In this document: one piece after another, positions 13,501-26,552 of the stretch
How positions within the stretch are numbered: position 1 is the stretch's first letter
Layout of the letters: every line of letters starts with the position of its first letter
Source of the DNA: Acanthaster planci
Taxonomy: Eukaryota
DNA: 64,000 nucleotides
Assembly: GCF_001949145.1 (NCBI RefSeq)
Contig: NW_019091359.1
Span: forward strand, 827,838-891,837
Reading direction: 5' to 3'
Notes under the pieces: generated by a model
What the model was told of the DNA's origin: nothing
Seen by the model: only the letters and a program-made list of their open reading frames with translations
Database searches by the model: none
Program-made: the position numbers and the translations under genes

Positions 13501-16500
13501 GGCCCACTTTACAAATGTTAACTAAACTGTAGACAATGCAGAGTCAACTGGTGAATAAAAAAAATGCACCATCCAATTAGCTATCGGAAGTTCACAACCG
13601 TTCCTGCAGCTAAAATTAGTCTGTTTGCGGAATCACACAGGCTGAACACAGGTAAACATGTTTATAAAATGTACAGGGACGTGCACATGTACAGCACACC
13701 TGTACTAATAACAAATTTTCCTGAATGTACAATTTACCAGTAACATTTACATACACATTTCTCAAGTTAACATACAAGTGCTCGTTGTTCAATTCTCATT
13801 TTCTTACCCCCCAAAATCATGGAAAATGTGGAGTGCATTCCAATTCTTTCAGCTAGATCAACAAAAATTGTACAGATGTGTTGGATTTATGCATAAATGT
13901 ACAGGTGCATGAAGTGTACACGGTTCACAGGAGGCACATGTGCAAGTACAATGTGGTTCAAGCAAAAGATTCTACTTACAGCGTACTGGAACTTCAGAAT
14001 TTCTAGAAGTCCAAAACCATTAGTGTTTTACTATCCAGCAAGTCCAGAATTCATCTCTTTGAGAGAACATTGTACCACAAATCGTTTCCATTTGAGGAAA
14101 TCATTCCCAATGGGAAAAAAATCTACTAAGATCTGGCTTTTTCTAACTAGTAGTGCAATTTTTTCCTTCTAACTAATTGAAGGAAACGAGGCATGGGTAA
14201 TACAGACGGACATGTAAATTCCCTGCAACATGTACACCTACATGTAACTGGGTCCTTGCTCTACAAGTATTGATGTGACTGCCTCTTGGCACAAGGATTC
14301 GAGCATGTACAGATAAGGTTTGATGTCAACTGATTTCATCTTACTCTGACTGTAAATGATACTAGATTGTGGAGATAATATCAGGAGGCTGAATGACAGT
14401 CAGGCCTTGTAGCAGTCCATGTACGTTGCAAACTTAAAAATATGCTTTTGCTATCTCCTCCCCTCGTCCCCCCCAGGTGAACAGAATTACCAGTGATCAG
14501 AATCCACATCAGATATCCAGAGTGGGGGGAAAAGGCTGTTGGACCAAGTGTACATGTACCCCCATGGGTGGGAGTGCTGCGGACGACGACGAACCCCACA
14601 GTTCTAGTGGTAGTGTACATGTACATAAACATGAATATAAACATGTACATGCACTAACTGTACAAGTAAACTGACATCTAGACAAAATAATCAATACTTC
14701 AACAAATCAAACAAAAAAAATTGTACTCTCAGCAGCATTTACGATACATATTGAATGAAAACTTCATTTGTTAACCAATCTGTCATTCTCTGTCCAATAT
14801 TGGGGGTTTCAATCCTATGATTCAGATGAAATTTCCCTGTATGGAAAGATGATCCTTGAGAGCAAAGTAAGTATCACAAGGGAAGAAATTTAATATGTTG
14901 CTCTTTTCACTAAGAAGTTTGCAAGGATAGGCCTGCTATTGTGAAAGGGACGATTTGCATTGTTGGATGCATATTCACATGAGATACATGTCCATGTTAT
15001 CAACATATTCATGAAGGTATTTGCACCAATAAGTGTTAAACTTATCAATAAGGCATGACAAAAGTTGCAACATTCCCTTCCCTGTAATCTATTGTCTACT
15101 TCATTTACTGTTGCCCCTTTCTTTTTTAAAACAAAAGCAAGTCTGCTGTAATGTCATTCACGATAAGTGCATAAAACCCCCATGAATTATGCAGTGCCAG
15201 AGATACCTTGAATGTGGTACAATGTAATTTGGAACCAGGAATGTAGTGCAAACGAATGGAAAGGAATCCTCAACATTTTCCACCCTCATACATGTACGTG
15301 TAATGTCCACGATCATCATCCTACCAAACTAAGTAAAAATGGCACATGCACAGAAAAAACATGGTTTACTCTTTCAAATGCAACCTAAAACAATTATTGA
15401 AAAGTTACTGAATAGAAACAGATTGCCTCTGACATCAAAAAAGAGAGACAAAAGGTTTACGTGCATCTTTCGGGATGTTCTTGCGCGGCAGTCACAAGTG
15501 CAGCTGCCTCAGTTTTCAACCTCACGAGGTGAAACTCAGGTCAGCCGTTCCAACGAAGCTGTTGCATTGTACTGGGGCTACATCGCAAATGCTGTTAAAT
15601 CTGCGTTCTTCAAAAGCCTCCTAATCCTAGGATAAGCGAGGTGGGAGGCTAGACGCCGGCTACATGTATATGAGGCATCCCGCCCCCCCCATGTCACAAA
15701 TTGAACTTTGTCTTTTGTTATTCCATTATATTGAATTTCAAAAGTAAATCTCAAGTGATTTTAATTCTCAGAATGTCATTCAACTAGAACACAAAAGATT
15801 GTGAAATCCTACTACACTGAATTTTACAAAAATCTGTAAGCGAAAAATGAATTACGAACGATAAAACAAAAACTATGTTACCTTTAATACTGAACATACA
15901 GGAACAAGACAGTAACACACAAACAAAGCACTGCCCTTTTATCTGTGTACACTTACATTTTCTTATGATTTCAATTCATCAATTTTCAACCTCATAGCTT
16001 TGTCCACACCACAGATTATTTTGGGGGAAAATTGACTCTGACAGATAGAAGTTAATCTTCTTTGTGTTCAGATTCTGTACCTGTAGGTGGGAGGTCTCTA
16101 ATCTTCTTAAGTCCTAAGCAATTTCTGCATTACCATGCATCAGTGCTTGAATGGTCTGTACTTTAAAAATGAAGAGAAATGCCACATTCGTATCAGTCGC
16201 AAAGTTGAGGTTCAGGTCAGATGTTCCAGAGCTGTGATCACACTATCAGGTGATGCTCGTGAACAATGTCATTGTAAGTTGTTCAAAAGATGCTTCAAAC
16301 CAGCTGGGAGGAGTCGGCTGCCATCAAAATTTATACTGAATTTCCTTAACTGACGATTATCTACTATTTAAAAAGCAAAATTAAAAAAATAAATAAACGG
16401 GACAGTAGACACGGGTTAAACCTGGGGACACGTGCAACCCCTGCTTAAATGTACTGAATAGGCATTTTCGCAATAAATATTTACAATACGGATGTATCCT

Positions 16501-19500
16501 TGATTAAAGGAATGACATCACCGCTTGTTGACCTAACTGGCCCAACTGTGACCAATCAGGGAGCGTTTCCCATCACTGCCCTTGTAGACCGATACATCAC
16601 TAGGAAGCATGGCGCACTTCATGTCATCGAAGCTACTGGTGGCAAACATGTCGACCATAGCCAGTCGAGAACAAAACAGAACCATTGCGCTCGTACTATG
16701 AAAGAGTGCAGATAATGTACTCTACCACTGTGCTTCTCCCAGCAATGAAATTATGGTGTTTGAAGGACTAAAGAATTGGCCTAAAACATCATCCTGTGTT
16801 ATGATTTTCCACACAGGTAATTACATAACTGCTTTACAGAGGATGAGATGTTTTCAAATGCAAGTCATCTGACCGCTCAATGCGTGCAGCTTTTGTGTTC
16901 AGTTTTTAACCCACACTGCATCACAGTTGTTAATATCAGTTCCCATTGGTTCTTTTCTAAAATATTCTCGGCATTTGAAGGAATCCTGCCTTTTCACGCC
17001 TAATGAAGGCCTAATCAGACCACAAACTTGATGCCACTATTAACCACGAAGCTGTCTTGCACTAGGGCTGTGAATGCCAGAATCTACATGTAATGTCTAA
17101 TGTTTCTGTATGGCATGTAGTCACCCCTTGTCTAATGGACTGGCCATCTGTGCCTAGCGCCTTTGGTCTAAACCTCTATGGTCTAACCCTTGTGACTTTC
17201 TGGTAGCTGAGGTGAAGAAGCCATCCAAATGACTGATGACACTGTTAATCTGATCTGCAGCAAATCCCTCCTCCACCAAATCCCACAAGAGTGCCACTTA
17301 TTAGGCCCAATACCAGCCACATCACAAAAACCAGTACATCTGCCAAACAACTTGAGCAATGGTTTGAATCTCAGCCTTCATCTAAATCTCATGTGTCTAT
17401 TCTTTCAGGAAATGAAGAGGGTCACCTGACCCCAAAAGAGCAGCCTGGATTTTAACTTTTCTGGCATGAGAAGAATACGAGCATACATGTAGGTAATTTG
17501 AACCGGTTTTTAGCTGGGACTGCCAATTCATATCTCATATGCGTCTTGTTTATTCATATTATCACAAAGAGGGAATAATGTGTAGAGAAATACCAGTATC
17601 TCTCATTCACAGTAAAACATGCAAAAATGCACCAGGGCTCATCTACTACAAGCTTGACAAAATGGCTATAAAGTCTGTTGGTTGGTTTGGGATTGTCAGT
17701 GTGTTCTGTCACATAACACTCTCCCAATGAATATTTCAGGAGACACGATTTCAGACGCATTTTTCATTTCTAATGCTTAAAAAGACCACATTTTTTTAAC
17801 TTAACACTCGTAAAATTGAACATGTACAATGTACACATGTACATGTAAATGTATTTGGAAAAGTTGAATGCTGAACACAAGGGACCTACTCGTATCCACA
17901 TTCTTCGTATCCACATTCTTTTATTTTTTTATGTATTTTTGAAATTACATGTTCCTTGAAATATCTTTACTTCATCAGATGCTACTTTGTTGCTGTTCAA
18001 CTTGGCAAAAACCATCTTCCAAAATAACCTGGATGCACAAGTAAGGATCACCAAGTTCAATTATTATCAATCAAAAGAACAACTTCATACCAAAACAGGA
18101 ATTAAATGAAGTAAATTTACCCTCAAAAATAACCTTCAAATGTTTACCAAATTAATCATAAATAAAAAAACCCATTTCATGCAGGAACACAGGAATGAAA
18201 TGAAGAATATTATAAAGGAACAAAATTCCTGGACTGCCACTCGTCTAACTGCCTCAGATGGAAGAGAATCTTTCAATCGTGGTTACATGACAAGTACTGA
18301 TTAGAATTAAAAAACCTGAACGACCCATTCACTGAAAACTTTGTTGTTCTGATGACCTCGATATTTTTAGTCTCCCAAGACAATACAATTTACTGGTACC
18401 TACAGTTTTGTTTGCATTAGAAATTGTATTCATTAATTTCTAAAGCAAAATTGATTTTATTCTGATACGGTATGATAGATCCACTTTTTGTTGTAGAGGA
18501 TTGCCGGCTCAATGCTACAGTATAACGAGAATGAGGCATTCATACAATGTGACCAATTCTGAAGTTGAGCAACAAGTGTTATTTAACTGGGTCGAGAAAC
18601 CAGCCAGACATAACTTACACTGTACCACAGGTAACATGACTCTTAAAGCTATTGTGGATCTTTGTTTATTATACTCTGAACCACACAAGGGATGCTGGGG
18701 CAATAAATCTCCAGCAAAGAGGAAGGCTGCTTTCCTTGATTATATTTCCTTCTTTTCCACTGCTCAGACAAAAACATTATAAATAATTCTTGTAAAAACA
18801 ATTAAAATTGACCATGAGAGCAATTGGTGTGGGGGTTAATGTATGATGAATCACCAACTTGACCTAACAATATGCTACCTGATAAAACATTTGCAAAGTT
18901 GTACATGTAATGTACTGCTACACTGCACCCTCCCTGCATTTAAAAAAAACATGGAGCAACTGAAGCTTTGGTCAGTTATAAGAGAAAAAATGATTGATTG
19001 GGACATCAAGTGACCTATCTGTTTTGTCTTTTTATAGTTCTGATTTTGACGGAAGAGCATGTTTAGCTCTGTGAAATTTCTTAATAACATTAATTAAACA
19101 GAGCTTTTTATTTGTTTGGTCTTTACATTTTAAGAGCAAGGGTTGGTAAAGAAACCTGTGCCGGGGTACGGCAAGCTATACTCTTATGAGAAACAAAAAA
19201 GCATTCACTGAAAGTTACAAAAATCAAAGGTCTGGGTGCAGAAAATGTACACCGCGGGTGTGAACAGGTGGATGGAATAATACAGGAGCTGTTTAATCGA
19301 CTGCTGGACACCGAACCGGACCCATTGTGTTCCGAACAGCCAGGCCACGAGGGGCATGCTGTCTGTCCAGTGTGTCGGCCGGCCTGCCCATGGCCAGCAA
19401 AAAGGAGTAAAATAGGAATTCCCAGTAACAGGCTTGAGTACCACCTCCCACACTGCTAAGCTGACCGCGGGGTTTCACAGCCTGATTGTCCCGGCTGAAT

Positions 19501-21208
19501 GGGGGTGTATTCTCCCCCTTCTTTTCTGGGCCAGACCCACTGAAGTGGTTTGCAGAGGGTAAACACGGTGAAGCCGGTGAACAGTACGCACACATCCAAC
19601 AGGGGTAAACATGCACAGCAAAATGGCTGTTTCAATCAGTTCCTATATATCATACACAAACCATTCACTGTAAATGATTCAGCTAACACGAATGGGCTTC
19701 AAAAACACAGATGTTCAACACAGAATTTGACTCGCTTATCTTTATTTTCCAAGGGTTTAAATAAATCTGTCAGATTTTTTTGCAAACAGCATATACAGGA
19801 TTCAACCAGGGGTTATCCGAAATTATAAAAATTGGGGACCCAAATTACTTCTTGGCAATATTCAAACATCTGGGATGAAATAAAACAACAGGGTACCCAG
19901 TCCACACAAGGACCTCTACTTTCTTCAGATGGACAACTGAATGGATGAAAATGAGTGTGCCAAACTCCAAAACATACCCCTAGCTATATGTAAATGACCA
20001 GTGCCATATTTATACAATGAGAAATAAAATGACCCTGAAAATAAACCTCAGGTTTAATGCCATTTGAGCACATTTGAACATCCGTCTGTGCAATATATTA
20101 TCATGTTTCTCCGCCGGTAAACTGATCAAAAAATGAGAAGAAATCACAGTATAAAATTGGCTTTGCAATGAAGGTGTGCGGTGCTGGGCATGCCACATAG
20201 GGCACAATGCACCACGATTTCCAATAAATACAACAAACCCAACATCAACTTGAAAACTACCATTTAAAATTTTCCCCACTTGTTCAGCATATACATACAT
20301 GTAAATTAGTGAGCCTCAAAGAACAACTACTCATTTTGGAATTCTGGGAAAAACTCTCATGACAAGTGCACAGCACACACCAGCAGTTACATGTACAATT
20401 TCAATTTGAGTTTGAGCATTTTCCGATTTGTGGATATTCTATAATAAATGGGAATTTCTTTTCTTTTGGGGATGGTGCATGACATCCGTGACCAACAACT
20501 GAAACTCTAGTTATTGTAAATTGGACAAGGAAGTACACTGTACTTACATTTTATAAGGCTACCTAAAATGGATCATACATGTACTTTCTCATCAAGCTCT
20601 TTTTTCTTCCTTTTTTTTCAACAGCCAATATTCCAAAATGGCAGCTAGATTCTTCAAATTTCTCAACTCTTTTGCCAATTCATACATTGATTTTCAAGGC
20701 AGATGTTGATCAAATCATCCTGCAAACACACAAAGTATCATCTTCAACTTGAATTCACAGCTGCATGCATTTTTCTGTTAATGATATGTTTGTTTTTAAC
20801 TGACAACTATTTGGTATTAGGATACATGTACATGGGCACCACTAAATCCCAGTCTTCCAGTCTTCATTTTTCTTGGAGTATGCCAGCAATGTGACAAACA
20901 AGTCCCATGTACACTGATTAATAAATAGATCCATTCCTTACAGTCATCCCTTTGGGCGTACAGACTTATACAAAAACAAGCACCAAATCCCAACCGTTAG
21001 GCTTCACAAACACCATTGACAATGCACCAACTCTTAATAAGCTGTGGTCACAGCAATTGAGCCAGCTGAGCTTCTTACCATGAATACTGACCACTGACAG
21101 GAGACTTACTTCGTCCATCATGCAATACCATTTGCCTTTAGTTTAACTACAGTGAATAAATGGCCACACACATCTAGCCTAAGAAAGACTGCCTTAATTC
21201 TTCAGCTT

Positions 21209-21437
21209 GGCTATTTTCCAATAATCGACTTGGGCTCTGTCTCAGGCTTCAACTGTTTTTTACTTCCTGACTTTGAGGTTGTAAGCGCAATAGTAAGTCT
21301 GACAGTGCCACAAAACATCAAGTAAGATAGCCAAACGTTACAGTACTTCAATTAAAAACGCTTCGGGCCCACAATCAGGGACTGGTTTCCTACACGAAGC
21401 CTGAGACGGAGTCGAAGTTGAGTACTGGAGAATGGCC
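21209..21437. mobile_element. MITE with about 42-nt imperfect terminal inverted repeats
   Basis: GGCTATTTTCCAATAATCGACTTGGGCTCTGTCTCAGGCTTC pairs with GAAGCCTGAGACGGAGTCGAAGTTGAGTACTGGAGAATGGCC. Confidence 0.75.
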
Positions 21438-22255
21438 CTAGATGCGTATGGCAATTTATTCACTGTAGTTAAACTAAAAGCAAATGGTATCTGTTCAAGA
21501 AACAATCAGATTTGTAATTTGTGTCAACATGGTTTCGAAAGTACAATTTCCGAACAGTGCAACAAACACATTAGGCTTGATGCAGATATGGCAAAACGTT
21601 CATGTTTCCTGTCCTGTCTGTTCAAGTAATTCAAATAACCAGGGTATCACTACGTAGTGCAAGTGCAATAATGACTCTGGAAATTTGACTAAAGATGGAA
21701 AACACAGTTAAGGTACTGATCACAAATGGAAGACCCACTAATTGGGGCGTTATAACTTCCTTTTTTGAATTTTAGATTTGATCTGTTGTTAGTACAGCCA
21801 ACTAATCAAGCCTGAGATTTATGAAAGAAATTGGAGAAAAGATCCAAGGGCCCTGTTAGAAGAGTCTGAAGAAACCGTATTACCACAACACTACTGTCAT
21901 AAACATTACTATTGCTAACAATCACTGTCAGAAACTGTCAATTCTGGAATCCGACTTATCCAAGACAGTTGAGTTTTTGTTGAATAACCATGTTCGACAA
22001 ATAGTTTATTGTCGAGAAAAAGTGCAATGACTAAAAATAAAATCTTCAAGTAATCCCAGGAGTTCAAACTGCAGTAACCAAGTACAGAAACAGTTAATAT
22101 CTGTATGCAAGAGTTCGTCGTCCCCAATCAGCAAACATGGCAAAATACTGACAAAGCGAGCAAGAGCGTCTTATTCAACCACGCCGCACAATCGGCTCAA
22201 ATCACGGCGGCCTTCGGTGCCGCAGCGCGCTCAGGTACAATTTTACACAACTTAC

Positions 22256-22338
22256 GAGTCGTCGTAGGCGAAGTCCGCACTCAGGGTGTTCCAATACAGA
22301 ATTAGTGCCACGAAGCTACAGCCCAGTATGTCATACAT
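22256..22338 (-). CDS. TMTC2: TMTC2-like protein O-mannosyltransferase, first coding exon (MYDILGCSFVALILYWNTLSADFAYDDS); rest of gene lies left of the window
   Basis: Hand translation matches the human TMTC2 N-terminus as I recall it (MIAELVSSALGLALYLNTLSADFCYDDS), with the same length (27 codons + 2 nt) and a phase-2 donor TC|GTAAGT at 22255. An in-frame upstream ATG at 22353 would add MQKLK; an in-frame TGA lies further upstream. Confidence 0.92.
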
Positions 22339-22353
22339 CTTTAACTTCTGCAT

Positions 22354-22700
22354 CCAGAAACTATCAATGTCACTTCAAACCAGATCATCGGAAACGACTA
22401 AATATCGTGCCAAGTCCATGATATTGGGATGGGAGCATAATTTGAACTACAACGCGCGTCCCAGGCCTGCTGTGAGTGCATGTGCGCACACTACTAGCTA
22501 GCAGGGCCGGCCAGCAGTAGTGTCGTTCGGGTTTTCCGATGACTGTTCCATGTGTGGCAATGCATGAACAGCTTCGACTGGCGATATCAGCGCCACGCCA
22601 GGGGCTTGAAGGAGGGGGTACAGGTGCACTGCTCAGCAGGTGCACAGTAATAAGCGCCACCTACCGACAAGCCAATCATCACTTGACTTTTTGAATCCCC
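22354..22700 (-). promoter_or_regulatory. CpG-rich 5' UTR/promoter region of TMTC2
   Basis: GC/CpG-rich block directly upstream of the start codon; NRF1-like TGCATGTGCGCA near 22477 and CCAAT near 22672. Confidence 0.5.
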
Positions 22701-22796
22701 GTCGGCTTTCCAAAAATGATTATTTAAAAGTCATCTAATCACCTCGGTGCTACGATGTATAAGCAATTTTACATTCCTATTTGGTTGAATTCATTG

Positions 22797-25230
22797 AAAC
22801 ACGAAAGTTTATTTAGGATATTGTAAGAAAAAAATTATTTCGCACGGACGGATTAGTTTTTCGTACGTACGAATTAGTATAAATCCGTATGTTGAATTGC
22901 ATGACTCAGGGGTGCACCACTAAAAATAAATTCCCATAGACAGCAGTGATAAATCCCCACACTTCTCAAATATTTTAAAAATACTCACAACTCTCACAGG
23001 TGTGCAGGCTACACAGAAAAATGATGTTCCACATGTCCTCTTCCATTTTCCTTTCAATTTTCGGGGGGTTGACCAATGAATTTCTGAGAAATTTTCACCA
23101 GAAGCAGACCACCCCTAAAATGCAGAAAATGTCTCTCTCCAGAAAAGTAGCCATTTTAGTTTGAAAAACCATCCCTCTGCATAATGGCTCAAATAGTGCC
23201 ACTTTCGGACCCGATTGCATCCAAATTGCTCAGAATTGGAAGCCCTGAGTCTGGCCCAGAGGTTCAGTCTCATATTTCTTCAATTCCTCAGTTCCATGGC
23301 TCTCACGACCCTCTAATATAGTATATTTTGCGTGTATATCTTTTATTCATGAGCTTGGCGGACATATTTCTGGCCTAAATACGAGGGTGCATCCTCAGAC
23401 ACGTAGGAAAATGATTCTACCAGGGGGCCAGAAAATAAAATCTCTGTAGGAAGTCCAATGCCTGTGATTGTGAGCGGGTGTGCGAAACCTGTACGTTGTG
23501 AGGTCGGCAAATATTTGTAAGGTTTTGTGCTCTGTTTTGCATGATACATAAGCCCCACTGGAAGATTTTTTGAGCAATCGATATTTTGAAAACTTCAGCA
23601 TTTAAAATCCATGTTTGACAAGTTTGAAAAAGATAAGTAAATTATTGTAAGTTCTGATGTAATAATTTAATCTTTTTTTAACATGACATATCTTAAACTG
23701 CACATTGTGAAGGTGATGTTTTGTAAACGTGTAACAAGAAAAGTGTCTCACAGAAGCATTAAACATAACAAAATCAAGAACCTAAATTTTGCCAAAGCAA
23801 ATGGTGGACACCTTAAAATAAGTATTGGAAAGTCTAAACACTCATAAGTGGAGTGGAGAAAACAATTCTTTAATATTTGTCCACAAACCAGCTCCGATGT
23901 TAAAGCTTTGCGTTAGATGACATCGCAAACTGGATGACATGATTAAGCTATAAGTCTTTAAGTTTAAAATTGTATGGGGATATGTTTCAGTAAAACTTTT
24001 CTTTACTTTAGGAAGCCCCCAAAATGAGTGGTCATAGTGAACACAATCTTACTTTGCCAACTATCAAAATATTCAAAGAAAGAAGCTTGTGGATATTTCA
24101 ATTTTTTGAGAAGAAGTGATGGCTCTTTCCCATTCAGAGACGCTCTCTCTTATAGATTGATTCCGGGAATAAACTTCGCCCCATTGGAAATACGCGGAGA
24201 CACTGAGAAAATAGACCTAGCCGTGCGCTTTAAGGCTGTTTTAGACGTCGACACAGCCTGTGATGTGGCTCGCTTGCTTACTGTGCCTAATGGGACTCGT
24301 CGTCGTCATTGAAGGAGGTACAGGGACCGTAAGATTCTGATTGAAAATGAAAATTAAAACTTTCCATTTTCAAATGTGATCTCAGTAAATTTTTCACAAA
24401 CTGCTACAAATACTATTCACTCTAAAACTTCCCCTCTGAGAATGCAAATTACAGAACACTTTAAGGGGTTCCTATGTCCGTGGCATGACTACACCTCAGT
24501 TCACTGGGGCCCAAGGGGGAAGACGAGAGGGCGTGATTATCCTTGTTATAGATGCCCCTTTGGGGTGCACTCCTGTAAATAGTCCAGAAATACGTCGCCT
24601 TGCTCATTAATAAAAGTTATACACTCAAAATATTCTACATTCAAGAGTCCTCAGAGCCATGGAATTGAGGAATGGAATATGAACCTTTGGCCTGGACTTA
24701 GGGCTTCCAATATTAAGCAATTTGGATGCAATCGGGTCCGAAAATGGCTCTATCTAGCCGTTTTACACAGGGATGCATTTTCAAAATGGCTACTTTCCTA
24801 GACCGGGAAATTTTCTTCACTTTAGAGGTTGTCTACTTTTGGTGAGAATTTCTAAAAAAATCATCAGTCAACCCACTAAAAATTGAAAGGAAAGTGAAAG
24901 AAGACGTGTCAAACGTCATATTTCTGACCAGCTTGGACACCTGTGAGTGACAGATGCGAGCATTTTAAAAATAATTTGTGAAATACAAGAATTTATCATT
25001 GGTGTCTACTGGGATTTACTTATAGGGGTGCATCCACAAAAGCAGCCACTGACACAAGGAAAACCACACCCTCTCTTGTACATGGTCCTCCTTGGAGCCC
25101 AACGAACTGAGGTGTAGTCACACAATGCAACTTAAGGATTACTAATCTGTAGTAATTCGTACATACGAAATAGTAAGTTGTACGTACGATTTAAAATATT
25201 TCATACCATGCTCTAAATACACTTCCGTAT
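22797..25230. mobile_element. Large foldback element: diverged inverted arms of about 600 nt (22797-23394 and 24561-25230) around a 1.2-kb spacer
   Basis: For example TTTCGGACCCGATTGCATCCAAATTGCT (near 23203) pairs with AGCAATTTGGATGCAATCGGGTCCGAAA (near 24716). Arms are collinear; no transposase ORF seen. Confidence 0.8.
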
Positions 25231-25280
25231 TGAAAAGTTCCCACTTCAAAAAACATTGAAATAGTGTCTGAGGTTTTCTG

Positions 25281-26552
25281 GACAAATGAGGGCGCTGTTA
25301 CTGTAAAATCAACTGGGGAAGACAGACACCCGGTGCTAGCTTTTCCTGTCCAAATTGCGAAACTAGAAGTTTTCTTACTGAAGACATATTTCTGAGAATA
25401 GGATCGGTGCTTACTCATTGCTATGAACACAAACAACAATGAATCAGCAAGCAGAATATTAAGTCCGACATTATCTAAAAACATGCAGGACTTTCTGTGA
25501 ACAAACCAATGTTATGTCGAGGCAAGTCTCATCAGCATAACAACCCAAAGGCAGTAAAATACCCTTTCAAAAAGAGGAACAAAAGTTGCATTTCGAAGGT
25601 TTATATTGAAGCAAATTGACGGTAGGTTCCCTTCAATATAGAGAAGTTTGGAAAGATTTCATTTCAAAGTAAACCACAAAGAACCGAATAAAACTGAACC
25701 CCCCCCCCAAAAAAATAAATCATACAATGTACACCAACCTCATTTGAAACACAGCTGAGGTAAGTGAACTCCAACATGCGTGGACAGGGAGAAGCTGAAC
25801 TTCAATTTTAAGATTATACAGTCACTCACATGTCCACCATTTCTTTTTCAAGTTTAAATCAGAAAGTCACAAAAGCATGCTGAAAACTCATTCACTCAAC
25901 ACATTTTGCCACCCACACAACCAAACATTACATAGACATTATGGACAGAGCACTCTTTATAAACATGAACACTGACTTAATTGCAGCAGCATAGTCATTT
26001 ATTAAACAAGCACTTTTCAGAAGTGTAGAATATGTGTTACTTAAAGGGTAGCCGCAATGAATTTCACAGACACAATAGTTCAACTTTGCACTCTTCTTCA
26101 ATGTATCAACTCTCTTTTACAATTCCATTTGGTTAAATGCAGTGAAAAGTGCCCTTTTTAATTAAACACTCAAACTTATCCATGTCTTCCTAGACAACTG
26201 AGGGCGCTGTTGCTGTGACAACATCCATGCAAGACATACCTGCATTTTTCTATCGTTTCTATTTTCTGTTCTAAAACTGTGGACCCTGAATTTACTTACT
26301 GGAAACATTGCTGAGAAAAGCACTGGCACTCACTTCTTGCTCTGCACATAACAATAAATCAGCAAAGAGAAAAATTTAATCCAGCAAAAAATCTACAAAA
26401 TATGCATGGCTTTTTGTGTGCAAACCAACGTAACATTTAGGCGTTCTTCCTGGGATGACATCACAGTTTTGCTCACAAATATGGAAATACTCATTAGCAT
26501 AAAAAGCAAAAAACCTGCAAAATACCCTCTGAAATAATGAAACAAAAGTCGA
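25281..26552 (+). repeat. Two diverged direct copies of a 300-350 nt unit (about 25281-25590 and 26193-26552)
   Basis: Both begin GACAANTGAGGGCGCTGTT and share collinear blocks (CTTACTG, AATCAGCAA, CAAACCAA, CTCATYAGCATAA, AAAATACCCT, AACAAAAGT). Confidence 0.7.

Larger units (their letters stand above)
1..22255 (-). other. TMTC2: TMTC2 intron 1 (more than 22 kb, continues beyond the left edge)
   Basis: No exon-2 motifs (RAI..N, NDFWG, SHKSYRP) found by eye on the minus strand. Vertebrate TMTC2 also has a very large first intron. Confidence 0.75.

Noticed and set aside
13801..13832. Minus-strand HIFHDFGG followed by GTAAG, resembling TMTC2 exon 2 (HIFYNDFWG)
   Set aside because: No Trp, an immediate stop and no flanking similarity; chance match.
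23395..24560. Transposase in the foldback spacer (ORF 24028-24312)
   Set aside because: Short, with no DDE or HTH motifs visible.
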